Source: Heterodontus francisci (taxonomy: Eukaryota). Taken from it: a DNA stretch of 64,000 nt. Of this stretch, positions 21,201 through 33,200 are shown in pieces. The stretch lies in assembly GCF_036365525.1 (NCBI RefSeq), contig NW_027140825.1, forward strand, positions 1,426,001 through 1,490,000. The letters are read 5' to 3'. Under the pieces are notes generated by a model. The model had not been told where the DNA came from and ran no database searches. It saw only the letters and a program-made list of their open reading frames with translations. The position numbers and the translations under genes were made by a program. How positions within the stretch are numbered: the stretch's first letter is position 1; each line of letters begins with the position of its first letter.

Positions 21201-24200
21201 TGAGCAAGTACCACTTGATAGCACTGTCGATGACACCTTCCATCATTTTACTGATGATAGAGAGTAGACTGATGGGACGGTAATTGGGTGGGTTGAACTT
21301 GCCCTGCTTTGACTTGTCCTGCTTTTTATGTACAGGACATGCCTGGGCAGTTTTCCACATTGCAGTGTAGATGCCAGTGTTGTACCTGCACTGGAACAGC
21401 TTGGCTAAGGATGCAACAAGTTCTGGAGCACAGGTCTTCAGTACTACTTCCGCGATATTGTCAGGGCCCATAGCCTTTGCAGTATCCAGTGCCTTCAGTC
21501 ATTTCTTGATATCAAGCGGAGTGAATCGAATTGGCTGAAGACTGGCATCTGTGATGCTGGGGATTGCAGGAGAAGGCCGAGATGGATCATCAACTCAGCA
21601 CTTCTGGCTGAAGAATTTTGCAAATGCTTCAGCCTTATCTTTCGCACTGATGTGCTGGGCTCCCTGATCATTGAGGATGGGGATATTTGTGGGGCCACCT
21701 CCTCCAGTTAGTTGTTTAATTGTCTACTGCCATTCACGACTGGATGTCGCAGGACTGCAGAGCTTAGATCTGATCCGTCGGTTATCGGATCGCTTAGTTC
21801 TGTCGATCACATGCTGCTTCTGCTGTTTGGCATGCAGATAGTCCTGGGTTGTAGCTTCACCAGGCTGACACCTCATTTTGAGGTCTGTCATGTGCTGCAC
21901 TTTGCATGCCCTCCTGCACTCTTCATTGAACCACGTTTGGTTTCCTGGCTTGATGGTCATGATAGAGTGGGGGATATACCGGACCATGAGGTTACAGATT
22001 GTGGTTGAGTACATTTCTGCTGCTGCTGTTGTTCCCACAGCACCTCATGGATGCCCATTGTTGCATTGCTAGACTTGTTTGAATCTATCCCATTCAGCAC
22101 GGTGATAGTGCCACACAACACGATGGACGGTATCCTCAATGTGAAGGCGGGACTTTGGCTCCACAAGGACTGTGCGGTGGTCACTCCCACCAATACTGTC
22201 ATCAGCAGATGGATATGTGGCAGGCAGATTGGTGAGGATGACGTCAAGTATATTTTCTCCCCTTGTTGGTTCTGTCATCACCTGCCGCAGTCCCAGACTA
22301 GCAGCTCGGTCAGGAGTGGGCTGCAGCGACTGAGGGCAGTGGGATGTAGTGACTGAGGGGAATGAGATGTAGTGACTGAGGAGAGTGGGATGCAGTGAAT
22401 GTGGGGAGTGGGATGTAGCGACTGAGGGGAGTGGGATACAGTGACTGAGGGTAGTGGGATGTAGTGACTGAGGGGAGTGGGGTACAGTGACTGAGGGGAG
22501 TGGGATGTAGTGACTGAAGGGAGTGGGATACAGTGACTGAGGGGAGTGGGATGTAGTGACTGAAGGGAGTGGGATGCTGTAATTGAGGGAAGTGGGATGC
22601 AGTGACTGATGAGTAGGATGTGGTAACTGAGGGGAGTGGGGTACAGTGACTGAGGGGAGTGGGATGACGAGACTGAGGGGAGTAGGATGTAGTGACTGAT
22701 GGGAGTGGGATACAGTGACTGAGGGAAGTGGGATGCAGTGACTGATGAGTAGGATGTGGTAACTGAGGGGTGTAGGATGTAGAGATGCGGGGAGTGAGGT
22801 GCAGTGACTGAAGGGCATGTTATAGAGTGATTCGGTGGACTGGGTGTGGTGACATAGAGAAGTGGGATGCAGTGATTGAGGGTAGTAGGAGCAGTGACTG
22901 AGGGGAGTGGGATACAGTGACTGAGGGTAGTGGGATGCAGTGACTGAGGGGAGTGGGATACAGTGACTGAGGGGAGTGTGATACAGTGACTATGGGGAAT
23001 GGGATACAGTGACTGGGGGGAGTGGGATACAGTGACTGAGGGGAGTGTGATACAGTGACTGAGGGGAGTGGGAAGCAGTGACTGAGGGGAGTGGCATCCA
23101 GTGACTGAGTGGGAGTGGCATCCAGTGACTGAGTGGAGTGGGATCCAGTGACTGAGGGGAGTGTGATGCAGTGACTGAGGGGAGTGGGATGCAGTGACTG
23201 AGGGGAGGGGGATGCAGTGACTGAGGGGAGTGGGATACCGTGACTGAGGGGCGTGTGATACAGTGACTGTGGGGAATGGGATACAGTGACTGAGGGCAGT
23301 GTGATACAGTGGCTGAGGGGTGTGTGATACTGTGGCTGAGGGGAGTGGGATGCAGTGACTGAGGGGAGTAGGATACAGTGACTGAGGGGAGTGTGATACA
23401 GTGACTGAGGGGAGTGGGATACAGAGACTGAGGGAAGTGGGATGCAGTGACTGAGGGGAATGGGATACAGTGACTGAGGGGAGTGTGATACAGTGACTGT
23501 GGGGAATGGGATACAGTGACTGAGGGGTGTGTGATACAGTGGCTGAGGGGAGTGTGATACTGTGGCTGAGGGGAGTGTGATACAGTGACAGAGGGGAGTG
23601 GGATACAGTGACAGAGGGGACTGGGATACAGTGACTGAGGGGAATGGGATACAGTGACTGAGGGGTGTGTGATCCCTTCCATTTATCTTCACATCCTCCT
23701 CGCTTTCACTTGTCACTTGAACTTTTCCCAGTTCTGATGTAAGGTCACATATTAACATTAAACATCTTTCTGTTACTCAGTCACAGACTCTGCACTCACT
23801 GACCCGTGTGTAAATCACACAGTCCTGGACCAGCCCTGGAGGAGCAGCGATTGTGATGACACTCGGTGCTCCAGCCAGGTGAAGTGTGATGATGGTCTTC
23901 ACTTCGGATGGTACCGATTTAAAAGGTAATGTAAAGGAACAATTTCAGGGTAATCTCGTCAATATGGGCAGAATAAGGGATTTCCCCTACCTTCTGGTAC
24001 TATCTGATGGTACCAGTCTCTCTAACAGTTAATATTTACCATCAGTTCAGGGACTGACTCTGTGATTGTTATTTCAGTTCTGGTGGATGGAAGATTCCGG
24101 AGACTGCTGTCCCACATCATCACTGCTCCACACATGTTACAAGCTGGTTACAGGGTACTGTCAGCCTTTATAATATCAGATTTATATTCACTGTCCAGCA

Positions 24201-27200
24201 CTGTTCACATGGGTTACATTCTTCAATATTTCTAAATTCTCATTCCAGGTTCCCATCCCAGCGTGGGAGAGGGTGAAGTAACACGGACAGTTTGTTTATA
24301 CTGGGGTAGCAATCACTGCGACAAGGTCCATGAGATAAAGATCAAAAACTGCAGCAGTTACTTCGTTTATGAGTTGAAGTCGTTGTTTCATTTCGCTGCG
24401 TATTGTACAGGTACATTGATGTTTCTATATCATTCAGAGGCTGATTCTGGGTTGTCCTTTGTCACCCACCGAAATGAGACAGTTTACTCGCTCCCCTCCT
24501 TATTGAAAGGGACACAGTGAATAAAGTGTCTGAAACACAAAGTGTACTTCACTGAAACTCTAGGGAACTGAACTCTGCTGTCCCTGTCTATCAGGCACTC
24601 TGATCCCTGCAGTGTTCATGGCTCACGTCAGGTCCCCACTGCAGTGCTGGATACCTCACACTCCCTCTCCAGGAAACAATGTTCACGAGGAGTCGGATTG
24701 GATAGTCGAGGGTTTGATAAAGATGAAAATCTGACACTGTCTGGACTCGAGTACTAAATACATGAGCTCTTCGGGTTTCCTCCTCTCCGCCCTCTTCCTT
24801 TATTACAGATCCAGAGACTGCCACAACTGAGGAACCCGTGGAACAATCAACTCGAGAATCCACGAGGGGATCATCGTCTACCCCAGCGGTGTCTGGAACA
24901 TCAGGTACCCCCCTTGTGGGCCCATTCGAAACAGATTCCACACCCAATGTTACATCATAGAAGATCAGTCCTGGAGATCATCCAGTCTCTTACTGAGGGA
25001 AGTGGGATGGAGTGACTGAGGGGAGTGGAATGTAGTGACTGAGGGGAGTGGATGGGGCGACTGAGGGGAGTGGAATGGGGTGACTGAGGGGAGTGGGATG
25101 GGGTGACTGAGGGGGAGTGGGATGTAGTGATTGAGGGGAGTGGGATGTAGTGACTGAGGGGAGTGGGATGTAGAGACTGTGGGGAGTGGCATGCAGTGAT
25201 TAAGGGGAGTGGGATGATGTAATTGAGGGGATTGGGATGTAGTGAAGGAGGGGAGTGGGATGAAGTAATTGAGGGGAGTGGGATGCAGTGACAGAGGGGA
25301 GTGGGATGCAGTGACGGAGGGGAGTGGGATGATGTAATTGAGGGGAGTGGGATTTCGTGACTAAGGGGATTGAGAAGATGTGATTGCGGTGAGTGGGATG
25401 CAATGACTGAGGGCAGTGACATTTTATGACTGGGGAAAATGTAATGCAGTTCCTGTGCCAACTGGGATGCGGTGAGTGTGGACAGTGGATTGTCTCACAA
25501 TGGTTTTTATATACACTAGCATCTGTGATTTACTGTACTCTAATCTATCCAGTTCGAGCTTTCTCTCACTCCTTCTCTCCCCCATGTTTCTCTTCCTTTA
25601 TTACACATCCAGAGACTTCAACAACTGCAAGAACCAAGGAGCAAACAACTCCACACTCCATTGAGAAATCACCATCTAACCCAATCGATATTTTCACCTC
25701 AGGTGTCAGTATTGTGTTGATCAATCAGGACGGGTTGACTCTTGCACTGACTGCCTGATTTGGGTGAATGGAATCTACCGCACAGGAAGAGGCCACTCGG
25801 CCCCTCTTGCTACTCCTCTTTATCCAACCTTATCCCTCTTTTCCTTTCTCCTTCAGGTGTTTAACCAGATTTACCTCAAATTTCATTGCCCTGGACAATT
25901 CAGGATTAATTCTACATTCTCACTACACCTTGATGTACTTGTCCATAGTTCACTGAAGGCAGCAGCACAGGTAGATCATGTGGTTTGGAAGGCATATGGG
26001 ATACTTTCCTGTCTTAGCCGAGGCACAGAATATAAGAGCAGGGCGGTTACGATGGAGCTGTACAAAACGCTAGTTTGGCCACAGCTGGAGTACTGAGAAC
26101 AGTTCTGGGCACCACACTATAGGAAGGATGTGATTGCACTGGAGAGGGTGCAGAGGAGATTCACCAGGAGGTTGCCTGGGCTGGAGCATTTCAGCTGTTA
26201 AGAGAGGCTGGCTAGGCTATGGTTGTTTTCCTTAGAGCAGAGAAGGCTGAGGGGGGACCTGATTGAGGTATACAAAATTATAAGGGGCATTGATAGGTTA
26301 GATTGGAAGAAACTATTTCCCTTAGCGGAGGGGTCAGTAACCAGGGGGAATAGACTTAAGATAAAAGGCAAGAGGTTTATAGGGGATTTGAGGAAACAGA
26401 TTTTCACCCTGAGGGTGGTTGGAATCTGGAACACACTGTCTGAAGAGGAGGTAGAGGCAGGAACCCTCACAACATTTAATAAGTATGTAGATAAGCACTT
26501 GAAACGCCGCAGCATACAAGATTACGGGCCAAGTGCTGGAAAATGGGATTAGAATAGCTACGTGCTTGATGATCGGCATGGACACGATGGGCCGAAGGGC
26601 CTGTTTCCATGCTGTATAATTGTATGAGTCTAGGGCTGTGACGCACTTTTCAGTAAAGAGGCTTCCTCTGAAATCACCACTGGATTTACTTGTGACTGTT
26701 TTATTTTCTATCCCTCTCTCTCCACCCTCCTCTCCCACTGCCTCTTTCTGCACTTCCTGTCAGTATCTCTTTTGCTCTCTGTGTATCTTTCTCTTTATAT
26801 CTCTATATTTGCTCTCTCTCTCTGTCTGCCATTTTCACTTAGTCTCTGTCTATCTCTATCTGACAATTTCGTTTTCCCTCTGTCTCTCTCTTTATCTCTG
26901 TAACTCACTGCTCTCCCCATTTCGCTTCTTCTCTCGCTGTCTGTATCTGTTGCTCTCACTCTCGGACTCTTTCTTGATCTCTCACATTTTCTATCGCTCT
27001 CTTTCTTCTCATTTTTCTCTCCCTCTGTTGCCCTCTTTCACTCTGTCTCCCACTCTCACTGTCTCTAACTCTCACACGTTATCTCTCACTCACAGTGACT
27101 GAGGGCAGTGGGATGCATTGACTGAGGGGAGTGGGATGCATTGACTGAGGGGAGTGGGATGTAGTGACTAAGGGGAGTGCAATGTAATGGCAGAGGATGG

Positions 27201-30200
27201 TGGGGTGTAATGACTGAGAAGAGTGGGATAGACTGATGGAGGTGAATGGAATGCAATGACTGAGGGGACTGGGATGGAGTGGCTGAGCGGAGTTGTGTGA
27301 AAGGTTTGAGGGGAGTGAGTTGTAGTGAATGAGGGGAGTGGAATACTGTGACTGATATTAGATCCAGAGAGTGAGGGAGAGTGGGAGGCAGTGACGGAGG
27401 GGCTTGGGATGCCGTGACTGAGGGCAGTGCGATGGCCTGACTGAGGGAGTGGGATGTTGTGACTGAGGGAAGTGGGAGTGCGAGTTAGAGCCTGAGAGTA
27501 GTGGGATGTAGTGACAGAGGGAGGTGGGATGCAGTGACTGAGGGGAGTGGGATAGACTAACGGAGCTGAGTGGGATGTAGTGACCTATGGGAGTGGGATG
27601 CGGTGACTGAGGGGAGTGGAATGTAGAGACCGAGGGTTGTGGGTTACACAGGCTGAGGGGAGTGTAACACAGTGACTGAGGGGAGAGTGATACAGTGACT
27701 GAGGGGAGTGGGATACAGTGACTGAGGGGAGTGGGATACAGCGACTGAGGGGAGTGGGATACAGCGACTGAGGGGAGTGGGATACAGCGACGGAGGGGCA
27801 TGGGACACAGCGACTGAGGGGAGTGGGATACAGTGACTGAGTGGAGTGGGATACAGTAATGTCGTGATCAGGATGGAAGATGATGGATTTATAAAGATTG
27901 ATATCTCACTTTCTCCTGACACTAGTACCATCCTGTTGAAATGTTGTGTTTTTCTCCATCTCTCACTCTGCAATGTTTCCCTCCCTTTATTACAGAGCCC
28001 ATGACTTCCCAAACTCAGGAATCCGAGGAACAATCGACTGGAGAATCCACTGAGGTTTCATCCTCTATCCCAGTGGGCTCTGGAACCCCAGGTATCTGCC
28101 GTGCCGGATTATAATTACAGAAAGATGGAATCAGAGACTGGTTACAGCACAGAAAGAGGCCATTCAGCCCATCGTCACCGTGCCAGCTCTCTGCCAGAGC
28201 AATCCACCTACTCGCACTCCTGCCATTTCCCCATCACCCAGCAGATTGTTTCTCCTATGATAATTTTCCAATTCCCTTTTGAAAGCCTCAATTGAACCTG
28301 CCTCCAGCGCACTCACAGGCAGTGCACTCCAGACCCTAACCACTCGCTGTGTGAAAAGATTTTCCTGTCTCTGTTGCTACTTTTACCACTCACCTAAAAC
28401 CGGTGTCCTCTGGTTCTGGATTCTCCCACCAATGGGAACAGTTTCTCCCTGTCTGCTCTGTCCACATCCCTCGTGATTTTGAAAACCTCGATCAAATCTT
28501 CTCTTAATCTTCTCTTCTCCAGGGAGAACAGCCCCATCTTCTCCAATCTATCCAAGTAACTGACGTCCCTCATCCTGGGAAACATTCTTGTAAATCATCT
28601 CCGCACCCTCTCGAATACCTTAACATCCTTTCTAAGTATTAACCGCTCTCTCGACCTGTCTTGCCACCTTCAATGATCTGTGCACATGTGCCCCCAGGTC
28701 CCTCTGCCCCTGCACCCCTTTACAATTGTATCCTTTATTTTATATTGCCTCTCCTCCTTCTTCCGACCAAAATGCATCACTTCACAATTCTCTGCATTAA
28801 ATTTCATCTGCCACTTGCCTGCCCATTCCACAGGTCTGCCTAAGTCCACTTGAAGTCCATCACTATCCTTCTCACTGTTCACAACACTTCCATGTCTTGT
28901 GCCCTCCACAAATAAGGTTGTTGAGCTGCAGGCGCAGATAGCCACGTGGAAATATGCTGTTGTGGCAATAACCGAGTCCTGGTTCTAAGAGAGGCAGGAC
29001 TGGGTAGTGAATATTCCTGACTACAAGGTGTTCAGGAAAGAGAGGGGAGGAAGGAAAGGAGGAGGGGCATCAGTATTGTTTAAGGGGAGAATTACAGTGC
29101 TGGAAGGAGATGATGTCGCAGAGGAACCAAGGATAGAATCCATCAGATTAAAGTGAAACAACGAAAGAAATACCATGACCTTTCTGGGTGTATGTTCTAG
29201 GCCAACAACTAGTGGGAAAGATATAGATGAACAGATTTGCATAGAGCAACCAAGAGATGCAAGAGTTAAAGTGTAGATATATCATTGGGCAATAATTATC
29301 TGAATATAGTCTGGAATAGTAATAGTGTAAAGGGCACAGAGGGACAAGAGTTTCTCGAATATGTTCAGGAGAATTTCCTACGTCAGTTTGTTTCCAGTCC
29401 AACGAGGAAGGAGGCATTGTTGGATCTGATTCTGGGAAATGAGGTTGGACAAGTGAATTAAGGGTCAGCCGGGGAACATTTGGGGACAGTGACCAGCGTA
29501 TCATATGGTTTAGGTTGGCAATGGAAAGTGACAAGGAGAAATCCAGAGGAAAGATAATTCATTGAGGGAGAACCAATCTCAATGGAGTGAGAACAGATCT
29601 GACCCAAATAAACTGGAATCATATTACAGAGTCCCACACTGTGATGCCTGAAGTGCTCATTCCAAGAGACGCATCCAGTCTCTTAATGATGGAGTGTGGG
29701 GCAATGATAGAGGGCAGTTGGAAAACAGTGACTGAGGGGAGAGGGATCTCGTGACTGAGGGGGGCGGGGTGGGATGCAGTGACCGAGGGGATTGGGATGC
29801 AGTGACTGAGGGCAGCGGGACATAGTGACTGAGGGCAGTGGGACATAGTGACTGAGGGCAGTGAGATTTAGTGACTGAAGGGAGTGTGATGTATTGACTG
29901 TGCGCATTGGGATACAGTGACTGAGGAGATTGGGATACAGTGTCTGAGGAGATTGGGATACAGTGTCTGAGGGGAGTGTGATGCAGCAACTGAGGGGAGT
30001 GTGATACAGTCAATGAGGGGAGAGCGATACAGTGACTGAGGGAACGGTGATACAGTTACTGAGGGAAGTGTGATACACTGACTGAGGGAAGAGCGATACA
30101 GTGAGAAAGGGGAGTGTGATACAGGGACTGAGGGAGTGTGACATAGTGACTGAGGGGAGAATGATACAGCGACTGAGGGGAGAGTGATACAGCGATTATG

Positions 30201-33200
30201 GCAGTGTGATACAGTGACTGAGGGGAGTGTGATACAGGGACTGAGGGGAGTGGAATACAGTGACTGAAGGGAGTGTGATACAGTGACTGAGGGGATGGGA
30301 CACAGTGACTGAGGGGAGTGTGATGCAGCGACTGAGGAGAGTGTGATACAGCGACTGAGGGGCGTGTGATTCAGTGACTGAGGGGAGTGTGGAACAGTGA
30401 CTGAGAGGAGTGTGATACATTGACTGAGGGGAGTGCGATACAGTGACTGAGGGGAGTGGGATCGGGCGACTGAGATGACTGTGATACAGTGACTGAGATG
30501 AGTGTGATGCAGTGACTGAGGGGAGTGTGATAGAGACAGAGGGGAGTGTGACGCCGTGACTGAGGGGAGTTTGACACAATAATGTAGGGAACAGATGGAA
30601 GACTATGGTTTTATAAAGATTGATATCTGACATTCTCCTGACACTAGTACCATCCTGTTGACCTATTGTGTTATCCTCCATGTCTCACTCTGCAATGTCT
30701 CCCTCCCTTTATTACAGAACCCGTGACTTACCAAACTCAGGAATCCGAGGAACAATCGACTGCAGAATCCACTGAGGGGCCCTCCTCTATCCCAGCGGGC
30801 TCTGGAAGCTCAGGTATCTGCCTTGTGGGGTTATCATCGCAGAATCATGGAATCATAAACCGGTTACAGCACAGAAAGAGGCCGTTCAGACAATCGTCAC
30901 CGTGCCAGCTCTCTGCCTGAGCAACTCAACTACTCCCACTCCTGCCATTTCCCCATCACCCTGCAGATTGTTTCTCCTGTGATAATTATCCAATTCCCTT
31001 TTGAAAGCCTCAATTGAACCTGCCTCCAGCACAGTCTCAGGCAGTGCATTCCAGACCCTAACCACTCGCTGTGTGAAAAGATTTCCCTGTCTCTGTTGCT
31101 ACTTTTACCACTCACTTAAAGCCGGTGCCCTCTGGTTCTGGATCCTCCCACCAATGGGAACAATTTCTCCCTGTCTACTCTGTCCACATCCCTCGTGATT
31201 TTGAACATCTCGATTAAATCTCTTCTTAATCTTCTCTTCTCCAGGGACAAGAGCCCCAGCTTCTCCAATGTATCCATGTAACTGACGTCCCTCATCCCAG
31301 GAACCATTCTCGTAAATCATTTCCGCACCCTCTCGAATACCTTCACATCCTTCCGAACGTATTAACCGCTCTCTGGACCTGTCTTGCCACCTTCAATGAT
31401 TTGTGCACACGTACGCCCAGGTCCCTCTGCCCCTGCACCCCCTTTGCAATTGTATCCTTTATTTTATATTGCCTCTCCTCGTTCGTCCGACCAAAATGAA
31501 TCACTTCACAATTCTCTGCGTTAAGTTTCATCTGCCACTGTCTGCCAATCCCACCAGCCTGTCTATAACCTCCTGACGTCTATCACTATCCTCCTCACAG
31601 TTTACAATACTTCCAGGTTTTGTGTCATCTGCAAATTTTGAAATTGTGGCATGTACGCCCCAGTCTATGTCATTAATATACATCAGGGAAAACAGGGGTC
31701 CGAGCAATATTACAGATCAAAACACAGATGCACAGAGAATTAGGAGGAACAGATAACACTGGAGTAGAAAAGAGTAACGTATTAGACAGGGACAGTGTAA
31801 GAGGGAAGGTGATGAGCTGTAAATTCAGTTCAATGTGTGTGTATATGAGAATGCAATGAGAGTGGTAAAAAAGGTTGTTGAGCTGCAGGCGCAGATAGCC
31901 ATGTGGAAATATGATGTTGTGGCAATAACAGAGTCCTGGCTCTAAGAGGGGCAGGACCTGGTAGTGAATATTCCTGACTACAAGGTGCTCAGGAAAGGGA
32001 GGGATGGAAGGAAAGGAGGAGGGGTATCAGTATTGATAAAGAGGAACATTACAGTGCTGGAAAGAGATGATGTCGGAGAGGAACCAAGGATAGAATCCAT
32101 CAGATTAGAATGAAACAAGGAAAGAAATACCATTACCTTTCTGGGTGTATTCTATAGGCCAACAAGTAGTGGGAAAGATATAGAGGAACAGATTTGCATG
32201 GAGCAACCAAGAAGTGCAAGAGTTAAAGTGTAGATATATCGTTGGGCTTTAGTTATCTGAATATAGACTGGGATAGTAATAGTGTAAAGGGCAGAGAGGG
32301 ACAAGAATTTCTAGAGTGTGTCCAGAAGTATTCCCTCCGTCAGTTTGTTTCCAGTCCAACGAGGAAGGAGGCATTACTGGATCTGGTTCTGGGAAATGTG
32401 GTTGGATAAGTGAATTATGGGTCAGTCGGGGAACATTTAGGGGACAGTGACCATCATATCATGTGGTTTAGGTTGGCAATGGAAAAGGATAATGAGAAAT
32501 CCGGAGGAAAGATAATTCATTGAGGGAGAACCAATCTCAGTAGAGTGAGAACAGATCTGACCCAAATAAACTGGAATCATATTATAGACACACATAGTGT
32601 GATACCTGACGTGCTCAGTCTCAGTGACCCATCCAGTCTCTTACTGATGGAGTGTGGGGAAATGACAGAGGGCAGTGGGATATAATGACCGAGGGGAGTG
32701 GGATGTACTGTCTCAGGGGTGAAGGATGTAATACTGAGGGGAGAGGGATATAGTGACTGTGGGCAGTGGGATATAGTGAGTGAGGGGAGAGGGATGCAGT
32801 GACTGAGGGGAATGGGACATCGTGACTGAGGGGAGTTGGATATAGTGACTGTGGGCAGTGGGACATAGTGATTGAGGGTACTGTGATAAAGTGACTGAGG
32901 GGAGTATGATACAGTCACTGAGGGGAGTGGGATGCTGCGACTGAGGGCTGTTTGATAGTGTGACTATGGGGAGTGGGATACAGTGACTGAGAGGAGTGTG
33001 ATACAGTGACTGAGAGAGTGTGATGCAGTGACTGAGGGGCGTGTGATGCAGTGACTGAGGGGAGTGTAATACAGCGACTGAGGAGAGTCTGATACAGCGA
33101 CTGAGGGGAGTGAGATACAGCGACTGGCGTGTGTGTGATACAGTGACTGAGGTGAGTGTGATACAGTGAGTGAGGGGAGTGTGATATAGGGACTGAGGTG

